A DNA stretch of 64,000 nt from an uncultured Gammaproteobacteria bacterium (GCA_965369325.1 CBDUQI010000006.1:1581-65580); one strand, 5' to 3'. Counted from the stretch's first letter, positions 48,191 through 57,882 are shown. Translations and numbers: made by a program. The notes: a model not told the origin generated them from the letters alone.

Positions 48191-49174
48191 TCAGCCGCGA
48201 CCTGGCACCACAAACATGCGCCCGCCACCAGCATTCTTGGCCACGTACATGGCCCTGTCGGCCGCCCTGATAACGTCGTCCGAAGAACGGTCATCGTCTC
48301 TCAAATACGTGATACCGACGCTAGCTGATAGCTTCACCGCAGCATAGCCGGCACCAGTGGCCGACCAGTCATGGCTTTGCAACTGCAGCCGTACAGGCAG
48401 CTCGATCAGATTGATCACCTCCTGCCCAAGACGCCGTAACACCTCTTCGCTGCCCGCCATTTCATCGGCGAAACGCACTGCAATCGCAAATTCATCACCC
48501 CCGATGCGGGCCACCATATCGTCCTCGCGCACCAGCCCTAGAAGCCGCAGCGACACGGCGCGCAGCACTTGATCGCCCGCGTGGTGGCCGTACTCGTCGT
48601 TGACCGGCTTGAATCCATCCAGATCCACGTACAGCAAAGCAAGGCGTCGACCGCCACAGGGCACCGGGCCGTGGGCCAGGCTCAGCAAGTCGGTCAAGGC
48701 GCGACGATTGGGCAACCCGGTTAACGAATCGCGCCGGGCCTCACGCGCCAGCAGTCGCTGGCGACGTTCCAGCTGGCGCAGCCGCTCGCCGCGCACGAGA
48801 TTGTTGCGCACCATGACGGGCAACATGCCAGAACGCAGGTTGGTTTTCTGAAAATAGTCCGCCGCACCGCTGGCGAATGCCTGCTGCCAGACGCTTTCCT
48901 CATCGGAGCTGGTCATCATGATCACGGGCGCCCCCTTGCTGGCGACCTGGTCAATCAGTTCGACCCCGCAGTGGCTTGCATCCAAATGATAATCGAACAA
49001 ATACAAATCGTACTCGCGCGCCTCAATTTTCGCAGTGGCTTCGGCGAACGAATCCGCCCGCTCCACGGTCGCCCCCACACCAGGGTCTTGCGACAATTCG
49101 TTAGCGACAATGGTTGAAAACTCCGGATCGTCATCGACGATCAGTATCCGACAATCTCTGTGCTGATCCACCAT
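48191..49174 (-). CDS. Response regulator diguanylate cyclase (REC-GGDEF)
   Basis: 'ILIVDDD', 'DLYLFDYHL', 'DSLTGLPNRR', I-site REDD and GGDEF; start set at ATG 49174. Confidence 0.88.
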   Translation of the reverse strand: MVDQHRDCRILIVDDDPEFSTIVANELSQDPGVGATVERADSFAEATAKIEAREYDLYLFDYHLDASHCGVELIDQVASKGAPVIMMTSSDEESVWQQAFASGAADYFQKTNLRSGMLPVMVRNNLVRGERLRQLERRQRLLAREARRDSLTGLPNRRALTDLLSLAHGPVPCGGRRLALLYVDLDGFKPVNDEYGHHAGDQVLRAVSLRLLGLVREDDMVARIGGDEFAIAVRFADEMAGSEEVLRRLGQEVINLIELPVRLQLQSHDWSATGAGYAAVKLSASVGITYLRDDDRSSDDVIRAADRAMYVAKNAGGGRMFVVPGRG

Positions 49175-49388
49175 CCGATTGTTCTCATTGGTGCGTGCTA
49201 TGAACATGAACTGAGCATGCCGCCATAGAAAACCCAAGACCAGATGGTCAGAGCGATCGTCACAGTTGTTAACAACATCCCTCTGGGATAACTGACGGGC
49301 AAGCGGCATGCGCCGGGGCAATACAGGACAGGCAAACCCCGTACGGCACAACCTTCGGGCGCGTAGACCCGCGTGCGAAAACGCTAAA

Positions 49389-49712
49389 TTAAAGCTGGGA
49401 TTCGGGCAGGATGACGAGCAGACCCTCCATCTCGTCAGTCACCTCAATCTGGCAGCTCAAGCGACTGGCGGCCGTGCGCTCGCAAGCCACGCAGTCGAGC
49501 ATGGCATCTTCCATCGGCTCCGGAGCCGGCAACTTGTCCACCCACGGCGGCTGCACGTACACATGGCAGGTTGCGCAACTCAGGCAACCGCCACATTCCG
49601 CCTCGATACCCTCGATGTTGTGTGCCAGGGCACCCTCCATGACCGACTCACCGGCAGGCACTTGCACCGTTTGTTGCGCCCCATCGGCCGCTTTGTAGGT
49701 AATATTAGGCAT
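49389..49712 (-). CDS. 2Fe-2S ferredoxin (adrenodoxin/putidaredoxin type)
   Basis: 'CGGCLSCATCHVY' and 'SRLSCQI'. Confidence 0.92.
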   Translation of the reverse strand: MPNITYKAADGAQQTVQVPAGESVMEGALAHNIEGIEAECGGCLSCATCHVYVQPPWVDKLPAPEPMEDAMLDCVACERTAASRLSCQIEVTDEMEGLLVILPESQL

Positions 49713-49735
49713 CGCTGTTGACTCCGTGCCCGCGC

Positions 49736-50458
49736 CTAGGAGCCAAGACACTCGTGCAGAAAATACCGCGTGGCCTCCCACGAGCGGCGATCCGCGTCCG
49801 CGCTGTAAACCGTGCCGAAATCCGGATCAGCGGCGTGCGGGTTGGTAAAGGCGTGCACCGTATTGCCGTAAGCGTGCAATTGCCAGTCCGCACCTGCGGC
49901 GGACATTTCCGCACCCAGTTCCACCACATGTTCCGGCGGCGCCATCGGGTCATCCCATCCGTGCAACACCAGCACCTTGGCGCTGATCTGCGTGCTCTGT
50001 GTGTTACCCGGCGCTCCCAGCAGCCCGTGCAGAGCCGCCACACCCAATACATCAGCGCCACTGCGGGCCAGATCCAGCACGCTGAGCCCACCAAAGCAGT
50101 AACCGATCGCGGCTACTTTATCGCTTTGCACCTGCGGTTGCGCACGCAGGGTTGCGAGCGCCGCGGCTAATCGCGCCTGCAAGCGGGGCCGGTTTTGCAT
50201 AAACGGCCCCATCAACGCACCGTTTTCCTCGGCGCTAGCGCCGAGTACACCTTTGCCGTAAACATCCAGCGCAAAGCCAACGTAGCCGGCTTGCGCGAGC
50301 TGCCGTGCACGCTCACATTCAAACTCATCACGCCCAGCCCAGGCATGGGCGACCAGCACACCAGGCGCAGGCGCGGATTGTGCATCATCCCAGGCCATAT
50401 AACCCTCAAGCGTGGTGCCATCGTGCGAGTAGTCAATCGTTTTGCTCTGCAAGGCCAT
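49736..50458 (-). CDS. Dienelactone hydrolase family protein
   Basis: 'GYCFGG', 'HGWDDP' and 'HAFTNP'. Confidence 0.9.
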   Translation of the reverse strand: MALQSKTIDYSHDGTTLEGYMAWDDAQSAPAPGVLVAHAWAGRDEFECERARQLAQAGYVGFALDVYGKGVLGASAEENGALMGPFMQNRPRLQARLAAALATLRAQPQVQSDKVAAIGYCFGGLSVLDLARSGADVLGVAALHGLLGAPGNTQSTQISAKVLVLHGWDDPMAPPEHVVELGAEMSAAGADWQLHAYGNTVHAFTNPHAADPDFGTVYSADADRRSWEATRYFLHECLGS

Positions 50459-50525
50459 AGTCTTCTCTCTATTTAGGTTGCCATTCCGGGATGTTTAAGC
50501 ACGCCCATGGTACGGCGGACTTAGT

Positions 50526-51146
50526 TTATGACAAGTGGGTGGTGATCGCCTCGACAGCCTGGCGCTTGCTCACCGGCACCATCTTCGGATAACCGTACCA
50601 AAACAGCCCCACCACCGGATGCTGCTGCAGATCCACACTCAAAATATCCCCCAGGCGCTGATCTCGGGTGACCGCACCGGTGGTCCATTTCACGCCGATA
50701 CCGGACTGCCAAAGGCATAGCATCATATTCTGTGCCGCGCAGGCGCAGGCAGCGTAGTTTTCCCGATCCATCACCGGGTCGTCATGGCGAGTGCTGGTAA
50801 GCACCATCCAACCGGGCACAGCCTGCAGCCGCTGGCGTCGCTGTGCTTCAATCTCCGGCCCCTTGGCAGCAACAGCCATCTGCACGATCAACTCGATGAC
50901 GGCCTCGCGGCTGACGCCGCCCAGCAAGTAAAAGTGCCAGGGTTCTGTGAGGCGATGGTTCGGCGCCCAACGCGCCGCGTCCAGCGCCTGCGCCAGCAAC
51001 TCAGGGGCAACCGCCAACTCAGGTTGAAACAAATTGATGGTGCGCCGGCCAGTAAGCAGCCTATGCATATCCAGTGGATGATCCGTGGCCGAGGGGTCGG
51101 GCCACGTCGGGCTGGCGCCCGGAGGCGCTTGTTCAGAGTCTGACAT
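50526..51146 (-). CDS. Nitroreductase (YdjA-like)
   Basis: 'RRTI..F', 'AARWAPNHRLTEPWHF' and 'AQNMML.LW..GIG.KWTTG'. Confidence 0.88.
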   Translation of the reverse strand: MSDSEQAPPGASPTWPDPSATDHPLDMHRLLTGRRTINLFQPELAVAPELLAQALDAARWAPNHRLTEPWHFYLLGGVSREAVIELIVQMAVAAKGPEIEAQRRQRLQAVPGWMVLTSTRHDDPVMDRENYAACACAAQNMMLCLWQSGIGVKWTTGAVTRDQRLGDILSVDLQQHPVVGLFWYGYPKMVPVSKRQAVEAITTHLS

Positions 51147-51223
51147 GCGTGTAGGTCTCTTGTGCTGTGGTGGACCGAACGTCGCGCCGGCGCATTGCGG
51201 CGCCCGCCGTGCGGATACCGGCG

Positions 51224-53209
51224 CTAACCCTCATCCAGATCGATGACCGGCAGCTGCAGAATATTCGAAATAATAGACTCGGCGCCATCGGTACCCCGTC
51301 GCACCATCACCTGCACATACAGCACGGCCGCCTGGCCGCCTGGCGGGGCGGCGATACTCAACGCCGCATCACCTGCCCCGTCGGCGCTTGCGTTGCCTGC
51401 GTAGCGCGCCCCCAGCAGCCCCAGACAGCGTCCACCAAACACACTCAGGCAGACGCCCTCACCGGGTCCGTACGGACTAAAAAACACATGCGCCGTTTCC
51501 CCATCCTGCACGCCGGCGACACTCACCTCGCCGCTGCCGCCACGGATCACCGGACGCGTCATGCGCAACGGCGGCTGAGCCTGCACGGTGAGATGCTGAT
51601 TGGCGGCGACCGGCTGCACAACAGTATCGAAGCCGTCCGCCCATCGGACCCGTAGGGTGTCCACGCTAGAGGCGCTGCCAAGCCCAAAATGCGCTACCAG
51701 CTGGCTGGTCGCCAGGTAGTGGCTGGCCCCGGTCAAATGGAAGTACTGCTGCACGCCGTTCACGCTGATCTGCACCTCGCTGCCAAAGCCGTCTGGTGCC
51801 AACACCGGGTGTTGGCTGGTGTCCAGCGTCACCTTCAGCCAGTTGGCGTCCGTCCCGCTGATATCGTTGCGGAACAATTGCAGCGGCTCTGACCAAGCGC
51901 TGACAATCAGATCCAAATCGCCATCCCGGTCATAGTCCAGATAGACAATCCCACGGCCCTGCCCGGTATGATTAAAACCGCTGCTTTGGCCTATCTCGGT
52001 AAAGCTCAGATTGCCGTCGTTGTGAAAGATGTAGCTGGGCTCGTTGGTAAAGCTGGCGCCTGTCAGGTCATCATCGTAGGGCCAACCGTTGGTCATCACC
52101 AGATCCTGCCAGCCGTCGTGGTCGACATCCACGCTGGCAGCGCCCCAGCCCCAGCCGCCATCTTCAACGCCAGCGCTCTCGGGCAACGCCAGGAAGCTGT
52201 CCGACCCCGAATTTACGTATAGGCGGTTGCCCTCCGGCCCCAAAAAACCGAACGCGGGCCAGGCTGCGGTGATAAACCAATCCAGACGACCGTCGCGATT
52301 AAAGTCGCCCAGCGCATGGCCCATTCCGTTCCAGGGCGCATGAGGCTGAAAGATGTCGACGTCGGTAAAGGTGCCATCGCGGTTGTTGCGCAGGTAGTGA
52401 GAGTTACCCCAATCGCCGGAGACCACCAGCTCCGGGTAGCGATCGCCGTTCATATCAGCGAACGCGCCACTGAACTGGCCCACAATGTCATCGTTGGGGG
52501 TGTCGGCGCCGGCCGAGACGGTCACATCCTCAAACGTACCGTCACCGCGATTGCGAAACAGGCGGCTGCGCGGCGGGTTCGGCAGCCCCGTGTGCCAACC
52601 GGCCACCCAAAGATCCAGGTAACCATCCAGATCGTAGTCGCCAAAATTAGCGCTGTAACCTTCCGGACGGTTGGAGGTTGAGTTTACCCCGGCCGCCACC
52701 GCAACATTGGTGAACGAACTATCCCCATTGTTGCGATACAGGCGGTGGTCGCCTGTTGCAGGCGGCTGCGCCATCGCACCGTGACTGCTCACGTAGACAT
52801 CCACCCAGCCGTCTTTGTCAAAATCGCCCGCGGCGACGCCGTTACCGCGATACAGGTCGCTAAGACCCCAGCCCGGCGCCTCATCGGTAAAGGTGCCATC
52901 CTGATTGTTGATAAACAGCGCGTCAGGTTGCAGGCCGCCGCCGGCGACAAACAGGTCCGGCCATCCATCACGGTTGAAATCGCCCACCGCCATGCCGCCA
53001 TGTTGTTCGCCCCATTCGATGTCGCCAGGCGCCTGATGGGTGAAGCTCAGCCCGGCACCCTGTGTCTGATCTGAAAACAGCGCGTTGGCGCCCAGCGTGG
53101 GCGGGCTGGCCAGCCCGCCTACAAAGTATAGCGCCATAATTGCTGTCGTTTTTGTCGTCACTGCATGGGGCCGCATCTTCGGCCCGCGCGCGTTCATTTG
53201 GCTGTGCAT
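51224..53209 (-). CDS. Secreted CRTAC1/ASPIC-UnbV protein (FG-GAP repeats) with an unrecognised Cys-containing C-terminal beta domain
   Basis: 'GDFNRDGWPDL'-type repeats, 'WGWGA..VD.DHDG..DL' and ASPIC 'HFGLG...V..L.VRW'; start uncertain (ATG 53209 has a GGGAG RBS). Confidence 0.85.
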   Translation of the reverse strand: MHSQMNARGPKMRPHAVTTKTTAIMALYFVGGLASPPTLGANALFSDQTQGAGLSFTHQAPGDIEWGEQHGGMAVGDFNRDGWPDLFVAGGGLQPDALFINNQDGTFTDEAPGWGLSDLYRGNGVAAGDFDKDGWVDVYVSSHGAMAQPPATGDHRLYRNNGDSSFTNVAVAAGVNSTSNRPEGYSANFGDYDLDGYLDLWVAGWHTGLPNPPRSRLFRNRGDGTFEDVTVSAGADTPNDDIVGQFSGAFADMNGDRYPELVVSGDWGNSHYLRNNRDGTFTDVDIFQPHAPWNGMGHALGDFNRDGRLDWFITAAWPAFGFLGPEGNRLYVNSGSDSFLALPESAGVEDGGWGWGAASVDVDHDGWQDLVMTNGWPYDDDLTGASFTNEPSYIFHNDGNLSFTEIGQSSGFNHTGQGRGIVYLDYDRDGDLDLIVSAWSEPLQLFRNDISGTDANWLKVTLDTSQHPVLAPDGFGSEVQISVNGVQQYFHLTGASHYLATSQLVAHFGLGSASSVDTLRVRWADGFDTVVQPVAANQHLTVQAQPPLRMTRPVIRGGSGEVSVAGVQDGETAHVFFSPYGPGEGVCLSVFGGRCLGLLGARYAGNASADGAGDAALSIAAPPGGQAAVLYVQVMVRRGTDGAESIISNILQLPVIDLDEG

Positions 53210-53444
53210 TACGCGACTCCCGCGTTGTTGTTGTTTTGATCGCTGTGGTTGCTGTGGCGTGTTGCTCTCATCGCACGTCGTCCAACACTTGAATCCGCCG
53301 GGCATCCGCGCCGCCTCCGGACCGACGAGTTTCGCTGAATGACCCTTTTTCCAGTCCGTTAGCGTAAGTCTAAGGGACAACATTCGCAAATTGATGGCAC
53401 CTTTTTTGTCATCGTTACGCTTATGAATAGTAGCAACGCAATTA

Positions 53445-53665
53445 TGTCCCCAGGACAGGTGGGATAAACGCGAAACACAGGACAGTTAAGTTGCGGGCGA
53501 GAACAGGAATCACGATCCAGCCGGTCAAAGGATCGTGATTCGCTGCGGTGGCAGTGCCACCCGCTATGGTCGCGCCCAGTTCAGGTCCGATTGGACCTAT
53601 ATTGACCGGTTCCCGACACCGAGCAGCGGTCGTCCAAAAAGGGTTCGGGATCCGGTCTTTTTTTT
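53445..53665 (+). ncRNA. Candidate structured RNA (leader/attenuator or sRNA) ending in an intrinsic terminator
   Basis: Consecutive hairpins at 53507-53541 (perfect 12 bp), 53547-53561, 53583-53598 and 53604-53657, followed by T8. The 5' boundary is uncertain. Confidence 0.5.
53604..53665 (+). terminator. Intrinsic terminator-like stem upstream of the CHAT gene
   Basis: GACCGG-T-TCCCGA pairs with TCGGGA-T-CCGGTC and is followed directly by TTTTTTTT; the loop is unusually large. Confidence 0.6.
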
Positions 53666-53741
53666 GTCCACCATCGGGTCGGTAAAAATAGAGCTTGCGA
53701 TCCGTCTGTACTCAACATAACTTGGCTGTTGGTTCGTAAAG

Positions 53742-56700
53742 TTGAGTGTCCGGCGCCATATGGACGATGCCGAAGTCGCCCGTTTCCCCCTTGAGCTACT
53801 CGCCCTGTCCCGCCGGGGTGGGAACGACCGCACCGGCCCGACCGCGTGGACGCGAATAGGCGCTGGGCTGCTGCTCGTCCTTGTGTACCACTGCGCTGCG
53901 GCGGTTAACCCGCCGCGATCGCCACCCGTAGCCGAACAACCCACGCAGGCACTGTGGGTTGGCGCGCCTGTCACCCAGCAGATGCAGTGGCGGCAAACCC
54001 ATCACTACACATTCACCGCGCCAGCGCCCGGGCCCTGGTTGTTGTCAGTCCAGCAACATGGCATCAACCTGGTGGTGACGGTGGCCCCACCGGGCGCAGA
54101 CCCTGTCGCGCGCACCTCGCCGCTTGGCGATTTCGCCGTGCAGACGCAGATTCTTCATGGCGATACCAACGCGCCGGTGACCATCACCGTTCGCTCACGC
54201 GAACTTGGGCGCCCGCCGGCAGAGTACACCCTGCGCCTCGATGCGCTGGCGCCGCCGCCCGCGCGCCAGGCAATATTGCGAACACATGCGGCGCTCGCGC
54301 GGGGCGACGCTCACTTCCAACGAGCCTCCAGCGGCGCCTGGGACAAAGCAGCTTCGGCCTATGCCGATGGCATCGAGTTGGCGCAACTCACCGGCGATCC
54401 TGTATTAATCGCACGGGCCCAGGCCAGCCGCGCAGCAGCGGTCGCCGTCATCGGTAGCCTGGAGGAGGCTATTGCTCTTTACGAGGCGGCGCGGCAACTT
54501 TTTCTGGCAAACCGGCAGCCGTTGATGGCCGCGGTCCTGCAAGCGCATATGGGGCGTGCTTATTCAGAGATCGGTCAGTATCAAAGCGCTGCGCAGACCT
54601 TAACCGACGCCGACACCGCACTGGCCAAGCACTCCGGCACGGAGCGTGAACGTGCGTTCGCCCGTCACGTCTTTTGCACTAACCTGATTTATCAACGTAA
54701 ATCAGCGCAATCGCTTGATTGCCTGCTAGCACTGCTGGAGCACCCGTTGCGCAAGCAGGATGTCACCTTGAACGCGCAGATACAGATGGACGTTGGCAAT
54801 GCATACCGCACCGTCGGTGATGCCGAGCAGGGGCGCGCCTACCTGGAACGCAGCCTCGATCTGCTCAAAGACGCCGAGCGACCACGGATTTACTCCTCTG
54901 CGTTGAACAACATGGCGGTACTGGAGCGTCATGCCGGGCACTTGGAACTGGCCATCAGCCTGTATCTGCGCTCTATTGCGCTGGATCAGGCCGTGGGCGA
55001 AATCAATGCCCAGGCAGTTACCATGAGCAACGTCGGCACAGCCTCTATGTACATGGGCAAACCCGAGCAGGCGGTGAGCTTTTTCCACCAGGCGCTGCAG
55101 CTCAACGCGGGTGCCGGAGACACCGACGATGAGGCGCTGTACTGGTCCAGACTCAATTGGGCGTACCTTACGCTGGGCCAGTTTGAGCAGGCCGAACACG
55201 CGGCCCGCAACGAGCTGGCGCTACGCGGGCGCAGTGAAATTCACGGCGCACACGCACGGGCCCTTACCCGACTAGGTCAAAGCCAAACGGCCACCGGCGC
55301 CTTAGCCGAGGGCGAACGGAATCTTCGCCGGGCGTTGCAGGAACTTGCGCCTGATCCCAGCCCCACTCGTGCCGACGCCCTGAAACACCTGGGCAGTAAC
55401 CTGCTTGCGCAGAGGCAATTTACAGCGTCCGAAAAGATGCTTGAGCAGGCGCTAAATGTATACGAAGTTCTGGATGACTCGCTGGAACAACTTGCACTGC
55501 TTAATCAGATCGCCCGCACCCGGTTACACCGCGGCCTGTACCTGCCTGCACGGACGAGCCTTGATCGCGCACAACGTATTTCTGACCGGGTAAGCGGCCA
55601 ACTGAGCAACCCGGCGGCGAACTTGTCCTTACTTGGTGCGCTGGATGATATCCAGTCGCTGCGTGTACCCATCGAAATCTCGCTGGGCAACTCCGCTGAG
55701 GACGGTCTGCTAAGCAATGACCAGCGCCTGGCCAAATCGCTGGTGCGCTTGATGAGCCAGGCCGAACGCGATGCCGGGCGCCCCCTCACCGCGCACGCTA
55801 ACGCGCAATTGCAGGCGCTGGAACGGGAGGTGGAAACGGTCCGGGTACAACTTGACCAATTAAGTCCGCAAGCGCCCGCACAGCAACGTCTGGACGTGCA
55901 ATCGCAACTGGATCTGGCATTGACCCGGCTGCAATCAGCCGAAGCACAATATGCGCCGGCGGCCAGCCTGAGCGCCGACGCGCTGGAAGTACCGCTGGAC
56001 AACGTCGCGACCATGCAGGCGATGCTAAACACCAATACTGTGCTGCTGCACTACCATGTCACCGGGCATGAGGCTTTTGTTTGGCTGGTGCAACCGGACA
56101 ATGTGGTGCGTGCATCGCTGGGGCCGGGCGAACCGATCCGCCAGGCCAGTCGCAAGTTCCACGAATCACTGCGCGCGCCCATCGTCGGCCAGCGCTGCGC
56201 GCGTGACCGCTGGTCGATACAGCTCAGTGAGATGCTACTGGCGCCAGTTGTTGAGCATCTAGGCGATGCGCGCATCCTCGTGGTGGCCGACGGCGCACTG
56301 GCACTGGTGCCGTTCGCCGCGCTGCACGACCCCGCCGCTCGATCGGTCACGGAGGGGTGCGCGGTGCCGTTGATCGCCCAGCACGAGGTGGTATACGTGC
56401 CCTCGATGTCAACGTTGGCATTGCAACGCAGCCAACCCCACGCGGGTGATACCCATACCAGCCTCAGTATCTTCGCCGATCCGGTGGTGGATGCTGCCGA
56501 CCCACGACTTGCCCAGGCGCCCGCCCCCAATAGCCAGGCACCCGCCTCAGTGGAGCTGCGCCTACCCGGCACCGGACGTGAAGCGGATGCCATCGCCCGC
56601 GTGGCCGAGGCCTTGAAGCCTACAGTGTTTCGCGGGCTCGACGCCGATAGGGGGCAGGTACTGAACGGCGTGATTGACCACGTGGACATCGTTCATTTCG

Positions 56701-57131
56701 CGACCCACGGGCTCGTGGATACCCGCAACCCCCAGTACTCCAGCCTGATGCTCTCCACCCACCAGGCAGACGGCTCGATCAGTCACGGAGAGCTGCGCTT
56801 CCGCGATATATTTCAGCTCGATCTGCATGCCTCGCTGGTGGTACTCAGCGGTTGCGAGACCGGCCTGGGGCGCGAGGTGGGCAGCGCGGGCTTAGCCAGT
56901 CTGACCCGCAGTTTTATGTATGCCGGTGCGCAACGGGTGATCTCGAGCTTATGGCGTATTGATGACAACGCCTCCGCCGCCCTCATGGCGGAGTTTTACG
57001 AGCAGCTGATCGGTCAACGCCAACGTCCCGCCTACGCACTGCGCCACGCTCAGCTGGCACTCATGGCACAGCCGCGTTGGCAAGACAGCTATTACTGGGC
57101 CGCCTTTACGCTACAAGGGGAATGGCGCTAG
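53742..57131 (+). CDS. TPR-CHAT (caspase-like) protease with N-terminal hydrophobic segment and PPC-like beta domain
   Basis: Hydrophobic 'IGAGLLLVLVYHCAAAV'; PPC-like 'HHYTF...L.VQQ.GINLVVTV..P'; TPR array; CHAT motifs 'VVADGAL..VPFAAL', 'VHFATHG' (His codon 56706), 'LVVLSGCETGLG' (Cys codon 56853), 'SLWRIDD' and 'YYWAAFTLQG'. Start is 53742 or 53760. Confidence 0.92.
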   Translation: MSVRRHMDDAEVARFPLELLALSRRGGNDRTGPTAWTRIGAGLLLVLVYHCAAAVNPPRSPPVAEQPTQALWVGAPVTQQMQWRQTHHYTFTAPAPGPWLLSVQQHGINLVVTVAPPGADPVARTSPLGDFAVQTQILHGDTNAPVTITVRSRELGRPPAEYTLRLDALAPPPARQAILRTHAALARGDAHFQRASSGAWDKAASAYADGIELAQLTGDPVLIARAQASRAAAVAVIGSLEEAIALYEAARQLFLANRQPLMAAVLQAHMGRAYSEIGQYQSAAQTLTDADTALAKHSGTERERAFARHVFCTNLIYQRKSAQSLDCLLALLEHPLRKQDVTLNAQIQMDVGNAYRTVGDAEQGRAYLERSLDLLKDAERPRIYSSALNNMAVLERHAGHLELAISLYLRSIALDQAVGEINAQAVTMSNVGTASMYMGKPEQAVSFFHQALQLNAGAGDTDDEALYWSRLNWAYLTLGQFEQAEHAARNELALRGRSEIHGAHARALTRLGQSQTATGALAEGERNLRRALQELAPDPSPTRADALKHLGSNLLAQRQFTASEKMLEQALNVYEVLDDSLEQLALLNQIARTRLHRGLYLPARTSLDRAQRISDRVSGQLSNPAANLSLLGALDDIQSLRVPIEISLGNSAEDGLLSNDQRLAKSLVRLMSQAERDAGRPLTAHANAQLQALEREVETVRVQLDQLSPQAPAQQRLDVQSQLDLALTRLQSAEAQYAPAASLSADALEVPLDNVATMQAMLNTNTVLLHYHVTGHEAFVWLVQPDNVVRASLGPGEPIRQASRKFHESLRAPIVGQRCARDRWSIQLSEMLLAPVVEHLGDARILVVADGALALVPFAALHDPAARSVTEGCAVPLIAQHEVVYVPSMSTLALQRSQPHAGDTHTSLSIFADPVVDAADPRLAQAPAPNSQAPASVELRLPGTGREADAIARVAEALKPTVFRGLDADRGQVLNGVIDHVDIVHFATHGLVDTRNPQYSSLMLSTHQADGSISHGELRFRDIFQLDLHASLVVLSGCETGLGREVGSAGLASLTRSFMYAGAQRVISSLWRIDDNASAALMAEFYEQLIGQRQRPAYALRHAQLALMAQPRWQDSYYWAAFTLQGEWR

Positions 57132-57262
57132 CAAACTATGTGAAATCAATGCGCATATTCACCAGGGAAAACCCTAAAGCTAGAAGTATTTCAACATCAC
57201 AGCCCGGAAAGGCGATCATACTTAGCGCTCCGTTGACACACGACACCACTACAGAGGGCACC

Positions 57263-57616
57263 ATGAGTATCTCGAGTTTCACCAAGGAATGGCGAATCCA
57301 AAACTCCGACACGATCCTACTGGAAACCGGCGACACGCTGCAGATCCAATCCGGTAGCCCAGGTCAGGTGAGCTTTGGCGTTAAGGACGACCCGGCACCC
57401 GGCCCGTGGGAGAATATATCGGACGGCCGCTGGCTACCCCATGGGGGTCACGACGGGCATCTGCATGGCACCATCGAGCTAAGCCCGGGGCTGAGCCTGC
57501 CCTTCTCAGTGACCTATTTTTCCGGCACGCAAAAAAACTGGATCAGTATCCGCCTAACCGAACTGCCTGACATGAACGGTACCATCCAAATCACAGCCCA
57601 CGACGGCCCGCCGTAG
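57263..57616 (+). CDS. Small hypothetical beta-rich protein (117 aa)
   Basis: GAGGG RBS before ATG 57263; alternating beta-strand pattern; followed by a hairpin; no family recognised. Confidence 0.6.
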   Translation: MSISSFTKEWRIQNSDTILLETGDTLQIQSGSPGQVSFGVKDDPAPGPWENISDGRWLPHGGHDGHLHGTIELSPGLSLPFSVTYFSGTQKNWISIRLTELPDMNGTIQITAHDGPP

Positions 57617-57638
57617 TCTGCGTATGTCAGGCGTGCTT

Positions 57639-57673
57639 GGCAGGCCAATCTGCGCGGCGCCGCAGAGCCTGCC
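57639..57673 (+). terminator. Stable hairpin after the small ORF (terminator or mRNA stabiliser)
   Basis: GGCAGGC-CAA-TCTGCG pairs with CGCAGA-GCCTGCC; no U-tract. Confidence 0.4.
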
Positions 57674-57882
57674 GCAAAGCGCTTGGTGTAACGCCATAAC
57701 CCCATGTATATTAAGTCTTTCTAAAGCCTTACTGTAGCCTTACCCGGTTGCCGTTGGGTGAGGCCGGCATTAGCGTTATCATTGCGCCCGGTTGGAACCA
57801 ATAATAATTCGGAGCTCTCAGGATTGGCGCTGATTCGGCGTCGGCCGGGCAAGCGTCGGAACTGCGGATTGGGGAAGTTAAA

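Noticed and set aside
49325-49390. GGCAAACC near the diguanylate cyclase, resembling a c-di-GMP-I riboswitch
   Set aside because: It is on the wrong strand for the downstream gene, and the GNRA/GACGCAAA elements and P2 stem are absent.
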